A stretch of 64,000 nt of DNA from Lingula anatina. Its lineage: Eukaryota; Animalia; Brachiopoda. This document shows positions 1 to 14,150 of this stretch, piece after piece (the stretch's first letter is position 1; every line of letters starts with the position of its first letter). The DNA lies in the NCBI GenBank assembly GCA_051362555.1, contig CM120643.1, positions 20,340,848 to 20,404,847 of the forward strand, given 5' to 3'. The notes beneath the pieces were generated by a model. The model saw nothing but the letters and a program-made list of their open reading frames with translations, did not search any database and was not told where the DNA came from. The translations under genes and the position numbers were made by a program.

Positions 1-2223
1 ATCCGACGTCTTTACATACCGCTACTGAAATGCCAATGCGACATCCCCTTCTACTTTAATCTGCTTCACGCGCCAACTACATCTATCTGATTGGAGCAGC
101 CCTATGTGGCTTTAATATCCAGATCGTCTAGAGGCATACGTAATAAGCGGCAGTTGTCTTATGCGGGGTGATCGAGGTTGCGCGAGTGGCACGTGCAATT
201 TACCCCCCATTATTTTGATTTCCCAACTGTCTTGAAACCCCACACGTATGAGATAATCTCCAGCATCAGTTGACAATTGCGCAATTAGGAATTGATTTTT
301 ACGTGTCAAAGATGACAGTTTAAATAGGGTCTCCGGGATGCCTCACTAAAACGTCCGATTGATTTCAGAGTTTATGGATTTGCTTGTTCGCCACATTTTT
401 AATTTCTTCATTCATGCAGCTAACGCTATTCACTGATGGTCGCGCTTTAAGATGCGCACATTAATGCCGATAAAGCCACGGCGTTGTTTACTGTCCAATT
501 TACTGAACAGGTATTAAAATTGTCCATATTAATGTCGTGCGTCCTATCAGTGGACACCTGTTTGAATGACCACATTATTGTCATTAGTGCAGTCAACTAT
601 AGGTACTGTCTGTCCGTCTGTCCTGGCTGTTTCAACTTTAAATGAAGGAATGTCAGATGTTCAGATTTTATGAATAGCTTTCTAAATTGATTTATTCACG
701 GGCTACATAAAGTTTTAATGGCTAAGTATTTGCAAGGAGGTGGAATGATCTCAGAACGATTGCCTTGTGGTACTTACTGTACTTATCACCTCTTTGCGTT
801 TGACTGATTGCGTCAGTTTAACAATCACGTTAGCTACATAGTCTGTCAATAGTCACTTTGCACTGGCTGTCAATTACGGGCCTGCTGATAAGGTTTTCCA
901 CACAAAGTTAACACTGTGATTGGCAGTGCAGGTTATATATTATGTATTGAACGACATGGCTGGGGGTAGTAGTTTTATTTGTTCATACCAGTACATGCCG
1001 TCCCTCAAATTAAAGATGTGGTGATTGTATGTCCCCCACTTGGGAATCGAATGTAAGGATTTTGTTTACAGAAAGAGGCGAGGCGGGGTAAAGGTTTTAA
1101 GACTCAGATCGCTGGGTGGGTGTGCAAAAGAAACATTTAAGACGCCAATAACTCGTTCCTTCTAGGTCTGCCAATGCACATAAAGTATATACGCACAATA
1201 GAGAAACGTGTGTATATATAATCAATAATGGCAACTGGGTGGACCTGCGGTTGCGAAATACCTGGCACTGATTATTCTGTTTACTCTCCGGTACAGATTT
1301 CTCATCTCAATTGGCAAATCGTGATTGACATAATAAAATGATGAGTGAAATGAGACGTGCCGAACCATTGGCTAAGCACTAATACTTCTGTTGAACATGG
1401 GACCAAGTAGCTTCTAGTATTTTCAGAGCTGTAAACTGCTCCCATAAACGGTTTTTTGCTGTTGGCTCGAGTTTCTTTTGTAGCTATAAATTAAAAGAAC
1501 CATGCAGTCAGTCAACAGTATCCGTTAAGCGATGCAGGGGATGTCTAGACCAGTGGCTGATCCAGGAGGAGGGGAGGGGAGGGGAGGATGGTGATGGTGG
1601 TGGGGAGGGGGGTTATAGCGGGCTTGTGTTTCTCCTTTAGCTTCGGAAGAACTACCTGCCCTATCTTCCTCCCTAACGACAGAATAAAGAATGCAACGAG
1701 ACCAAATTTCCACATCCCACTATCTTACACATACCGGTACATGTATATTGTAATTTTTTCTTTGTTCACTATTTTTTATCTGCTGAGGATTCCTCCTTGC
1801 CCCCCCTCCATTTTTCTTGTTAGCAAAACCGTACATATAATACGCCAGCTAATAGGCATAAAAGCCGGGATTTTCACAGCGCGGAATAACCCTAATAAAA
1901 CCTGATAATCACATAAAACTCCATTAGGATTGAATTATGGTCGGATAGTAGAATTAACGGTAGTATTGGGCTGTCGCTAAATTTTATCTTATTGCATAAT
2001 TGGTCATACAGGTTACAGAATGTCTTGGAGCTTGATTAATTGTTCTTTTGTAAATGTTATGAGGAAACTTAATGTATTTCTTAATGAAGTTTTTGCCAAG
2101 TCAAGGACAGATTAACATGTATCTGTGCTCTCACTCCTAATCTGGCGTAACTTCAGATTGAATCCCATTTCATCTTATTGCATTACTGCTTCATCAGCCC
2201 GGTTGATATTATTGAAAGACTTG

Positions 2224-2259
<36 letters not shown>

Positions 2260-2713
2260 ATAGATCGGTGAATCATTTTCAAGTTTGCATTTAGCTAGAA
2301 ATAATGACAATACGTTTTTGCCAGTGACTTCAATTTTCGAAACCCGTACGTTGAACGTTGTTGTCGTGACAGACTTTCCGTTGGAGTTTGGTTTAAACTG
2401 AATGTGCAGCACAACGTTCCGTTTATTTATTTGATTCAGTTCGCCTTAATAGGGATTAAGTTAGGACTTTTTATAGATCAGTGTTTAGGTTACAAAAACT
2501 ACGAAGGGGATAAAGAGGGACATTCAGAGGGACATTCAGCTATAAATGTTACCTTTCTTTAAATTTAAGGCTTAAGTCGTTTTATGAAGCAGTCCTTGCT
2601 GTATACAGTAAGTAATAAATATTATAGGGACTACCCCTGTAGTTATCATATATCGTGCCACTGTGTTTCTCAAATTCATCCGGAGAGCAGCGTGAGGAGG
2701 ACTCGGTACTCCT

Positions 2714-2860
2714 AGGCCGTATTCAGAACAGCTCGGCGGATCAAACATGGCCGACCCACTTGAATGCTTGTCGCTTAATCCTCACAGGGAACCAGTTCAG
2801 TGACTATAAGGAGATTATGCGGCAAGCTTTCACGTGGGTCGACATATTTGATCCGCGGAT
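2714..2860. mobile_element. Small palindromic MITE-like element
   Basis: Arms of ~45 bp (gcggatcaaacatggccgacccacttgaatgcttgtcgcttaatc at ~2736 and gattatgcggcaagctttcacgtgggtcgacatatttgatccgc ending 2856) are near reverse complements. Confidence 0.55.
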
Positions 2861-4195
2861 ATGTTAGTCCGCTGTTGTGAATCCACTCCATCTCATCATT
2901 CAACCTATATTACTTCAGCCATTTACATCATTGTGCTGAAGAATTATTTATCTTTAGTTTTAGTTTTACATGACTGTTTTAAGTCGTATCTATCACTCGG
3001 CTTACATGTTGCGGAAAACGTACAGTACATGACGATACATTATATCATTTATGGATTGGTGTCAGATTGATACAGACACATACATGTTACTCGTTCACCC
3101 ATTCACGTAAGGTATCATTTTGTCATAAAAACCGCCAGACTAAAGCATGTCGTCGTTTAGTGTTTCGAATTAGGTTCGGTATAAAAAATGCAATCTCCCA
3201 ACCGAAGAAATGAATACTAAACTGACAACCATCTTCCACGCGATTACACATCTAACTGAGTTGCATGACGTGTACGTTTTAGGGCGTGATGTTCCAACAA
3301 TGTGTCCATTGATTTTATGGTAAATATCATCATCTGTTGTTCTCAATATTTGGGAAAATCCGTAGCGTGGCAATTAAAAGAGAACTGTAGTGCTGTAGAC
3401 CTTAAAAAGTTGCGAAAAAAAAAGCCTTGCAGTAAGAGTTGACAGGCCTCTTTTGTGTGGCGCGTATAGCCCAAATTTTCGATGAAAAATAGCATTCTGA
3501 CTAATGGCAGATGATTTGGGGATTAACTCGCTCAAATAACATGTAGGAAGACTCCTTAGTTTGCATTTGTATAGTTAGAAGTAACATTAATTTGCCTCAG
3601 TGAGGGGTACCTCTGAAGTAACTTTATATTTGTTTTCGCGACATCTGTGTCAAACTGACTAAATTCAAAGCCTGGACCCAGTCAGAGTATTATCTTGTCT
3701 TTGAATTTTTCATAATTTATGATATAACGGCTATAACAATGGAATAGGGCAGAGTTACAGCAATGGCTTAGAGATGTGTCATTCCTGCTTTAGCTATTAG
3801 GCAAGATTCAAATCTAAATATGCAAACACCTACATTTGCAGGTGCGCGTTTGAGATTGTGCAAAAACTATAACTTTGTCTCTTTTTGGAAAAGGGCATGA
3901 TAATGAAGCATCATGAACCATATTGTTTGTTTGTTTGTTTTTGTTTTTGTTTGATTTTTTTTAGTTAGATAAAATTTCCTATTGCAAATGTTAGCCATTG
4001 GAAATAAAGTAGGCGATAAAGAATAATGAAAACCAAAGTACATTCTGCTGTGGTTTGTGGTTTTGCGTTTCAAATGCATTTCTATGTGTTTTATGTTGGA
4101 AGACGTTCTTGGTTTCAGTGGTAAATTGATGTCCCCTGGGACCCTTTTCACAATAGACTGTTAATCGTCAGTAGTTTACAACTTCGAGATCGCAA

Positions 4196-4288
4196 CCCAA
4201 CAAACAAAGAACGTTTTATAACGTTACCATAACGTTTTTTACATATGCGATATGGTAACGGTATAATAACGTTCTGTGTTTAATGGGG
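4196..4288. mobile_element. Short MITE remnant with CCCA...TGGG termini and AACGTT subrepeats
   Basis: cccaacaaacaaagaacgttttataacgttaccat pairs with atggtaacggtataataacgttctgtgtttaatggg as imperfect inverted repeats. Confidence 0.5.
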
Positions 4289-4794
4289 ATCTTGCGTATT
4301 ATTTTAAAAAGCCAGAATAAATCATTAATAACTCACATTAATGGGTCAATAAAAAACGATTACGAGGCATGGTTACAGTTTGATTGACTGTGGCTTTAAT
4401 TTAATGGTCTTTTGTATATCTGTCTTGGATCCATTGTGCTTGAATTTAAAGCTTCAGCAAAAAAAAATTATATCCTTACGAAGAAATCTATAGTTACTGT
4501 GAACCATGATTCTGGGGAAGGGGGGCCACGTCCAGTCTGTACACGCGATTTTGACCACGCCTCTATCAAATCAAGTGGTCAAGCAAGGACATTACCATTG
4601 AGGAAGACTGCAGACGAGTAGCACTCGAAATATTCTGCAAAGAAAGGGTAATTTTGACATCTATGACCATTATTTTCGATGGAGAAACTGCCCTACGTAA
4701 AATGGTTCTTTCGATTCAACTTTCGATAAAATGTTTGGTGGAATATATGGTAGTACATGTGTGTCAACATAACAACTTAATCTTCAGCCCTGGC

Positions 4795-4842
<48 letters not shown>

Positions 4843-5245
4843 CTTAATTCCCTAATTTGGAATCTTGGAGGTACTGCTCTGACATTCCGCACACATAGTT
4901 TTTTCCACCTTTTACTGTTTAGTGCCAGTGCTCAGGGTCCAGGAGAAACTCACGTTTGTCTATATTTCCTTAATGTTGTCTTTCCACGCCTTCTTTTGTT
5001 TGACTTAACGCCTACAGCCTTCAACTGTGCCTTGTAATATTAACTTTGAAAGGCCATTTGATCTCGTTACACGTCCGTACCAGGGATGCTTTCTTTTTCT
5101 TTACTCTGTTAGAAGGTCGCCACACCTGTTCTTTATTGATTTGGTCTTTATGTGACATGCTCAAAAGATTACGGTGGCATCCCATATCAATTTTAAGGAT
5201 CTTTTTCAGAAGTTCTGCTGTCAAAGTCCACGTCTCATGTCGCCG
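4795..5245 (-). mobile_element. 5'-truncated, degenerate RTE-clade LINE (reverse-transcriptase C-terminal remnant) with (AAT)n tail
   Basis: Minus-strand translation ETWTLTAELLKKILKIDMGCHRNLLSMSHKDQINKEQVWR...KWPFKVNITRHS and a downstream KRRRGK resemble the RTE ORF C-terminus (ETWTL...CxRRLL.ISY.DHITNEEV...W.GHITR...G.RRRGR). A trinucleotide tail lies at 4795-4842. Confidence 0.7.
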
Positions 5246-5324
5246 GACTAAAACGGTTATTAAACAAGGAATAGAAAAATAAATCCATTCTGAACACTAA
5301 AGTACCGAGGCACTTTAAAGCAAA

Positions 5325-5685
5325 GCCCCGATTCCACACCGACTACGAATTTCATGAACCGCCAGGAATTGATAAATTTTAATGAGGAATGTGGAATTTT
5401 GCGCATTTCTGGTAGAAATATTGTCCTTGCTTGGGCTTCACTTCCAAAATGGATGTTCAACATAGAGCAGCTACTTGTATAGCACTGACCCGAAAACATC
5501 AACTAGAAGATTAGTTCAAACCTTTTGTGCCGATTTCATGATCTCTCAAGAATTGCAAGAACTAACTGAAAGTAAAAAAAAAAACAGTTAGGAGCTAAAG
5601 GAATTTATCACGAATAAACTAAGAACCTTGGGATTTATGAATTCTTGGTGGTTCGTGGAATTCGTAGTTGGTGTGGAATAGGGGC
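5325..5685. mobile_element. PIF/Harbinger-like MITE
   Basis: ~50-bp terminal inverted repeats gccccgattccacaccgactacgaatttcatgaaccgccaggaatt / aattcttggtggttcgtggaattcgtagttggtgtggaataggggc. Confidence 0.75.
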
Positions 5686-7898
5686 ATAAGGCATGCGCTT
5701 CGGCGATTCGTCTATCTCATAGATTTCTTCAGGGAACTGAATTAATCTTCACTGCTGTCTATTCAGCTGATACAGATGTACGTCAGTCTCCGCAGTGTGA
5801 TCCAATTTGAAATTATAACTGGGCGAATCACCATTTTGAAATAACGGTTGCTGACGAGAGTAGATGCACGTGCGAATGCTCATGTTATAGGTACATTTGA
5901 ACATAACGTCGGTGAAGAATGGATTCCCAGTAACGCATATTAACCACTTTTACTAGTTTCTTATACGACTCATATAAAGTTGACATGCCAAAGGATAAAC
6001 CGAGTAAAATCACTTGATCAGCGATAAAAGATCTCTAAAAAGCACCTTCTTCAAAATTTTGATCGTAAATTTTACCTACTTATCTGACCTTCTGTATCTT
6101 CACCGTTTATGCACAGCACAGAAAGCAAGCAGAAAAATCATTTTTCGGATAATATGAAAAGATATCTTTTGGTTTTGCACTAATTTATACTATTTAAACT
6201 GTATGGTGGCATTTGGTCGGCTTTTGTGGCAAAAAAATTGACTTCAAACGCATCTTTAAGTTAATTCTTTTTGCGTGAGCCAGTGTGACCTGTAAAGATT
6301 AATAAATTGCCAAACTCGAGTTGTTATCAAACAATACCTTGTCAAACTACAGTCACGCTCTCAGTTCTGAATGAAAGTGATTGCAATATTCACGTGTCAA
6401 GGCACCAACAGCACAGTTCGAACTATCTAATATCACAGAATAATGCATCCCTGTACTTTGGGCAACCATTTATACGCTGGGGATATATTTGTGGTAGAGG
6501 AGGCAATTCTACATTTTTTGCAGGCATTTGGAACCATACAGCTTTGGAACCATAAGGGGACCGGGCTCTCTGTGACAAAAAGGTCGAATCTGACTGGATG
6601 GTACACATGTAGACATAAAACAATGAAACCATAAGAAACAAATGAAATGACGTCTAGGCGAGATGGATGACTTGAGCAATTTTGGCAGTTATGACTTTAA
6701 TGGTCAGACTTTTTGTTGTAAAAATAAGCCAGTCATTCCGATATTCAAACTTGAACTGCTTTCTTGCCAAACAAAGCCTACTGGCAAATTTAAAAAAAAA
6801 CAGCAACTAGTACTTATGGGGTGAACAAATGTGTCGAACAGCTTAAGCAACAGCGACGGCGACGAGTTGGACCATGGTCAACTATGATAAAAATATATGT
6901 AGACACAGCAGAAAATGTTGGTTAAAAGGAAAGGCTCACTCGTTATTAGGCCTGTAACAAAAATTCTTTTAAAAATCCTGGAGGGGGTAGGGGTTTGGGG
7001 AGGGGGGCAACTTCACCCCTGTCCATAGCAGATACGTGTAGCAGTCTTTGTTCAGTGTGCAATGTACATGTATATGCAGAATCCGTACATTCACTTACAG
7101 TGTCTGTATACAAAAATGCCTAAGCAGTTCGTATGCATGCAAGTAATCAGAATACTTATCACAACACCATTACAAGGCTTTTAATTTAAATGCGAAGAAA
7201 CACACTCTTCATTTAACGTGATGTAATTTCGGCAATCGAATCCACTCCTTGCGTGTACGTAGGATATTAAAATGCATTGACGTTCCCTCGTGTTAAAGAT
7301 AATTGGCGGATATTACCAATCTTTGTTCGCTTTTAATTTCAAATGCACCGAGTGCATCTTAACATAGCTAAACCACGGCGGTCTATCTCGGAAAACCTTG
7401 TAGTAGTCTTGTTGGGATTCTGCGGAGCTCAATTTTAGGTAGATGCATGTATGAAATGAAAGTCTTTACCATGCACATCACTTGCGTCTCAGCCCTGATA
7501 GCAGCTAGCTCCGTTTTTGTTTTAGCATCTTCTCCAAGCGACATGTATGTCATCTCCTTGTTTGTCATACATCACGTTTGCTCGCCAAAAAAGCGACTCT
7601 CCGTCACTTTATTCAAACCGTGCAACCCTTCCTTGACTTTTCGCGGAAAATGGGTCCAACGTGGTGGACTATGGAGAGTTTTTTTATCATTTAATTTCTT
7701 AATTTATGGCTCTTTATGGTACTTACTGGACATTGAATTGCCATTCCTCTGTGGAGTGTTCTTGCTGCAAATCAATTTAAAAATTATCAATATTTTTTAT
7801 CACTAAGATAATTTAATTATCAATCCCAAACCTGAATGAAGTGTCTGTCTATGTGGAAGACGCACGATAAGACCAAGACCACTTCCAACTATCAGTAA

Positions 7899-8121
7899 AG
7901 CCCCCTTTACACTGGATGGCGTCCTTTCTGCGTCCAGCAGTACGGCCCCATTTGAGAGTTTAAAAATTATAATACTTTACGTGCCGACAACTGGCCGATC
8001 ATTGAGCATTCATTCTGATACAAAATCAATGCTCGTGCCTCCTTATTAAGACCACAGCAATGCCAAATTTCATGGTCGCAGAAAGGACGCAGAAAGGACG
8101 CCGTCCAGTGTCAAGGGGGTA
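7899..8121. mobile_element. PIF/Harbinger-like MITE
   Basis: TIR ccccctttacactggatggcgtcctttctgcgtcc / ggacgcagaaaggacgccgtccagtgtcaaggggg, flanked by TAA on both sides. Confidence 0.8.
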
Positions 8122-8819
8122 TAACTACATTGGGATAATTTTTCAAACTCTCTAAACCGGTGGCTATCTGCTCACTCGATCAAAATCGAGAATGATTTAC
8201 TGAAGCGACAAACAGGTACCACACACCACGTTACGAGGTTAAGAGAGGGAGACAGCACTGTTTTACCACTTAAGGATGTTGAAAATAATTGAAAAAGTCA
8301 GGCACCATTCCGTTCGCTTGGTGCAACAGAATTAAGAACAGAAGTCGATTGCATTTAAAAATGAAGAGGGCACAGGGGGCTCGGTGAATCACAACATGTC
8401 ATGCAACATAAATAGTGGTAGCTAAAGGGAGTATTTGTGGAGGACTGAGCAGCATGGTGATTTAAGGCAGCAAATGAATAAATGAAATGCAAACAAAATT
8501 GTGAAATCCGAAACTGACATGCATCGCCCAATGGCAGCAATAAAAAATTTCCACATGGAATAAGGCATAACAAGGTTCTGACCCCAATTTAAGGCTGAAT
8601 ATAAAAGTGATTTAAAGACGCCAATGAATGAAGATGCTATGTTATTAATAATCAAATAAGACGGGAAAAAATAAAGCATGTAATTTGGAAGATCCAGGGT
8701 GCCTTTAAGACATGCAGAGTAGACACTGATGTCAAGCTAATTTAAAATCGACAATTCATAAAGACAATATCTAAATAAAGGGTGACTGCGAAAGTTAAAG
8801 GGTAAATTTGGGATAGTCG

Positions 8820-8856
<37 letters not shown>

Positions 8857-9411
8857 GTCTCGCAAACTGGAAATCAAAACACTGAGCACTCTTAACGGCC
8901 TGGACGTTTTGAGGTAGTATTCATGATAAGACGAAACCTGTCAAGTCAATGCTTTAAACAATTCCCCGCTTGATCATTCACTCGCTATTCGATAATTAGC
9001 AGCAAATACATCATGTCAGACATGTTCCCTCTTCTTGTAACTCCTGTTTTGCGTTTTCTAAAAATACCTAACAAACACCCCAGTTTTGCATGTAACCCAT
9101 GTAATGTTAAATACTGCCACTTGCTCCCCAGCTGGTAAACACATTTTCAAAGATATTTTGTTTATAATGACTAATTTCAGCATGACTAACAAGGCATGTT
9201 GCTGTTTAGCCTGCAGGTAAATGCAATCTTTCGAGCACCTTGTGTTCAAAACAAACAATAAGTTAAAAAGCGGTCCGCGCTTTTGTGTAGGCATAAAGAT
9301 TTTTTACATTTATTATTGTTTATTTAAAGAAATTTGTTGGTCATTGCACCCAAGAAAGAGAACAAAACAATGAAAATCAGTTCCAGAAACGAATGTTCTT
9401 TCTTCATTTAA

Positions 9412-9946
9412 AGGTGCACAGTATAAGAATTCCCCGCGAAAAACTCATACTTAATGAATTTCCCTGGGAAAAGGGTATCTTTCTTCGACTCAACCTTTGG
9501 TCCAGTTTTCTGGGCACTTGGCATTCATCTATTATAATCTGTGAAAATTGAAAAGCCTGTGGCCCACGCTTAAGCGAGGGTTTTAAAAATTCCATCATCC
9601 ATTCCAGCCTATTCCTCCCACTGACTTCCTACTTTCCCGCCATTCAATGCTGCGTCAAGATGACAGTTGGTGAGGTTCGCCAGGAGATGTTAAATTTGAT
9701 CATTTTGTTGACATTAATTCATGGTCTTAATCAAAAAGTCATACTTGTCCTTACGTAAGCTCTACAAGAAGTGTTTTATTTACTTAATGTGGGTTTAAAA
9801 ACGTACCCTTTGTCTCTTTATGATATTCATATGATTTCACTTTCACTCATTAGCTTTGTGCACGTTAAGAAAGTTAATAGGAAATGAAAATACTTAAAAA
9901 TGTGATCAATTTTTCGGCATATCGCATTCCTCATCGGTGCTGCTCT
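9412..9946. mobile_element. Possible TTAA-flanked non-autonomous DNA transposon (Kolobok-like)
   Basis: ttaa|aggtgcac ... gctgctct|ttaa, with only a short and imperfect TIR match. Confidence 0.3.
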
Positions 9947-10954
9947 TTAATAAGACTCTTACTGTAGAAATGACATCTCAACGTCTGATACTGTCAATTT
10001 ATGCATTGGTGCCTCGATCTTGCATTTGTGCCACGGTATATTGACGAGACCGATTGGTCATTTTGCCCAAAGCTCGATCTAAGAATTTTGAGAGCTACTA
10101 CACATTCTTATGCCATTCTGTTCAGTCTAAAAAATGAATTGCCACTTTCAATTTCCGGCTCAAAACCGCAATTACAAGGCTTCTGTCAGTTATGAACAGA
10201 ATCAAATAGAGAGAAATGTCGAGGCCTTAAAAAATAAGAAGGACACTGAAGGCTTTAATGTTGTAATCTATTCGTAATGTATTCGAACGAAAGGGGAATT
10301 TTATTTCGTAAAATTGGCAGATAACGCAAATGATTACTGATAAAGTAATGAATCTGTATTGCATTTGCGATTTAGGTTCAAGAAGCTCTGGCAATTTTCC
10401 ATCAAAAGACGAATTCCAACAAGGACAAATTTGCAATAAAAACTATGAATGAGTGAGCGAACTGTATAATAATTAGATGATTATCTGAAATGTCAACTTT
10501 AAGTGCTTTGACGTTGTCCTCCCTTTCCGCACACTAACACTATTAATGTCCTTAACACGGATATCGTTACGTCGAATCCTTTTGATGTAAGCAGTATTTA
10601 ATTCTCCTTTGCATCAAACATGTTACATCAATTAATGATAAATAGACAGTTCAATAAAAATAGATCAATACATATATAAGATTAAAAATACCTTTGATGA
10701 ATTGATATTTCACGCACGTTTTTCAAAAAGAATATATCCGCACAAACTAGACTCTATTGCAAAACATAGCATGAAAATTTCATAATCATTATGTGCGTGT
10801 ATAATGTGAGTTTATAATGTGGGTGTATATCATATTAGGCATTGCGATCTAAGGATATTGTTATGACAGTGTATGCCCATAGTATGTAAACAAAAACTGA
10901 AGTCATATCGTTGTAAAACACTTTATACCTGTAGAATATATCCAAAAGGACCAT

Positions 10955-11275
10955 TGGATACAGACCTACATGCTGGCCATAGGGTAGAGACCTACTGGAA
11001 GATAGCTATATGTCAAGCGTAGAGACCTAAGTGGGCCGTTGGGTAAATACCTATAGTTAGGCTACCCTCTACCAAGACCGCAGTTATTATTGTGGACATT
11101 TTTTGCTGAGGCGACATCAGACCAAAATGACTGTCTATTAATCTAGAGACATATCTGAAAATATCTGTGAAAAATCAATCTGTCACCCTGGTAGCGGGTA
11201 TAGTTAGGCCATCGGGTAAAGTATTATGTAGAGCATAGGTCATTGTGGACAGGCCAAATGACAAGGCAGAAACCG
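10955..11275 (+). repeat. Degenerate minisatellite (gggtagagacctac...ggcca-like units)
   Basis: Recurrent agaccta / gggta / taggcca motifs at irregular ~30-35 bp spacing. Confidence 0.35.
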
Positions 11276-11857
11276 TCAAGGTGCCCCTCTTCCTTGATCA
11301 CTGTCACATGTGTATCCCTTTATTGTTTTTACACCTTAATACATACTCAAATGATTTACTATACTCAGTAAATTCAGGTAATACTACAATTCCAGCTAAC
11401 ACAAAAGTGGAAGAAATCACCAGTTTTATGTTAGCTGGTAAAAAAATTCTCTATTCTGTTTTGTTCAGCCTGGTGGCTATATTACCCCATTTTCCGAATC
11501 AGAATTTCTGTCTTTATCTACATGCGGTCAAATGGTAAAAACATTACCACACGTTTGCAGGCGCTATACGGGTATACCTTACATTTGGACAGCCATGTTC
11601 TCCTCGACCTTTGGCCTCACGTCAGCCTTTGAATTGATGGGCCATGCAGGTTTGCATTTAAGGATGTGACAAAATTGTCCACAAATGTAAAGGGAAAATC
11701 TATAAAAAGAAACCCCTTCGTGCCGAAAGTGTCTGTTTCAATCAAAACTATGGTATTTTACATCTCCATATCGGCAGAAAGCGACTATATTCGGCAAAAT
11801 TCGAATCTCTACGTGTGTGTGTGTGTGTGTGTGGGGAGGGGGGGATCCATAGTCTAC

Positions 11858-12070
11858 GGCTGTATTCCCAGAGCTTTTAGATCGATCTATCCCCGCGGGG
11901 AGTCTCACTAGATTACTGGCAGATAATCCGGCTTAAATGTCCGTCCCGCCTACTACAAGCTGTAAGGGGGTAATTAACTTTCGGGTCCGCTCGGCTGACA
12001 GCTATCTAGCGTGAACCCCCAGGGAGTTACGTCGATCTAAAGCAGATCGATCTAATCTGGAAATGGGGTC
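11858..12070. mobile_element. MITE-like element
   Basis: Imperfect TIRs ggctgtattcccagag...tagatcgatct / agatcgatctaatctggaaatggggtc, with further internal inverted matches. Confidence 0.55.
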
Positions 12071-12287
12071 TACCACATTTGCGCAAGTGTATCCCAGAAG
12101 TAAATTTATCTCAACAATGGTCTGAGGAAAGTGAAAGAGAAGGCTTAAGTCCACACAAATGATAAAAAGTACTTCCCCTTTATAATGCTACAACGCGTAG
12201 CAGGTGGGCTTAATCAGGCTAGTTTTGTTACGAACTCCCAAATGCAATACATAGGAAGGCAGATTAGTGTTCACACGATTCACTGAT

Positions 12288-12497
12288 TAACTCAGCCAAA
12301 GGTTATGCTTTCATCGGCGTTAGCTCCCTTGATAGCAGACAAATAAAAGCTGTACACAAATTTTGATGAAATGTTTTGGAGGATGAGAAGGGCTTCACAT
12401 TTTAACTGCATTCGGGTCCCCTTATATCTCAAAAAAGATTTTGTATTGTCGATTCCTTGCTTGGCGGATGTCTGGGCTATTGAAATGCCCTTTAGTT
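12288..12497 (+). mobile_element. Degenerate short Helentron/HINE-like element, same family as 57073-57302
   Basis: gccaaaggttatgctttcatc ... ttttgatgaaat ... cttggcggatgtctg ... tttagtt matches the reverse complement of the 57 kb element. Confidence 0.55.
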
Positions 12498-14099
12498 GAA
12501 AGCAATATATCTTACGGGGAAAGGGTAAAACACATATAAATGGTCCGATAAAAATTCATTTAGATAGAGAAAGTGTCAAAAAGTGAATATTAAAAATGAA
12601 ATAATACATTTTCAGGAAAAATGCCCTCTAACTGAGCCTTACGTACTTTGCAATGCTTTGTCTAGGAGAAATTAAAATACTTTTTTCCCCATTGTGAACT
12701 TTTCAGGAATTTGTTAATGGTCAAAATATTTGTTGAATGATATAGAATTGAACAGCACAGCAACGGTTTCATGTCCTGTTTGACGACCTTACTTCTTATG
12801 TCCAAGACGCAATGCTAATTGCTGAAATTGAGCACTGAGCAATTCTCAGCGGTGTGGGCAAATTTTCTGGCTCTGACATTTCAGATAATGACCAAACACT
12901 TCACGATGAACTTTCAAGTTTTTTTAAAGTTGAATGGCTACATGTGCTAGCAGAAATCTGTTAAAAGGCAGACTGTGATGACCAAGTGGTGAAAAACGGC
13001 TCAAAACTATCCTCTTAGTACAACACTGGCATTTCTGCATAAGTAAGCTACGTACAATTCTTGTTACAATTGGCTGGAAGGGGTGTATGTAGGGTTAATG
13101 GTGTCATAAACCCGGCGCTTTTTTTAACTTCGAGCTGAGTTACAGGTCTCACTTGACTGGCACTACTCTCTCTGCTTTTATTTGGCCTAATGTTTTCTGA
13201 CAGTTCGAAATTGACTTGCTGACCCGAGGCAGGTCACCCAGATGGTACATGTAAATCTCACCGTGTGAGCCGGAGTCCCGTGCCACGGGGTCAACCATGA
13301 TACAAGTTCCGGCTCCCATTGATTTGTACAGGTACAGGTAAACCGCGTCCCAGATTTATTCCACTGGCGTCACACTAATCCTGATCTGGATGAATCTGTC
13401 TCTTTACATCGGCATTCAAATTGCTTCCGAACACTTATAAATCGGACATACCAGTATTTGCGTATAAACATACCAGTATAAACATTCACTTTACAAAACA
13501 TCCCTTCTGGTACATGTGTACGTACATAGTACACTTTTCGTAGATAACCTTTCTACCGTGAATAAGGATAACTGTGTGTGAATTTACGTCAAGATAAAAA
13601 AGCGCCTGCCTGGAAAAACTGAAAGCGAGACAGATTGCTTTAGTTGAGCAAAACCCACCAATCTAGCTAGTCATTGGAACAAAAAAAAATCTCCACATAT
13701 TTATTTGTTCTGGTAAGTAGTCATGAGGGGACTGTGGTCAACTCTCCCTGGACACACTTGAAGCTTGCGGTATCTTTGAAACCATTTGTTTTGAAACAAG
13801 GGCATGCATAATGTTTCGACCCTTCATCAAAGTGATTGCATCTTATGACTTCTTCGTCATGGCTGGTCACACGGTATAATTTTCCCATTATTACACTAGA
13901 GACAATTGAATATATAACAAACTTTGTTCCTACATTATGCTTTTGACTATATTATGGTGGCCCCAAAGTTAAAAAGGGAGATTGATGCTTTTCAAATACA
14001 TAAAATAAAGAAATAGATTAATGAATAACGAAGTGAAAAACGAAATGCAAAAGGGTTTTTTCACACTGAGTGGTATGTTTAACTGATACAGTTTGGACC

Positions 14100-14150
<51 letters not shown>

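Noticed and set aside
840-1300. miRNA-seed-like words (TGGCAGTG, TTGCACT, TGGCACTG)
   Set aside because: No full match to a mature miRNA I recognise and no convincing precursor hairpin.
5021-5224. ORF with QVWRPSNRVKKKK as a homeodomain helix 3
   Set aside because: It lacks WFxNRR, and the flanking motifs and (AAT)n tail fit an RTE LINE remnant.
13262-13300. Possible minus-strand first coding exon MVDPVARDSGSH|gtgaga
   Set aside because: Too short, and no downstream exons could be linked to it within the window.
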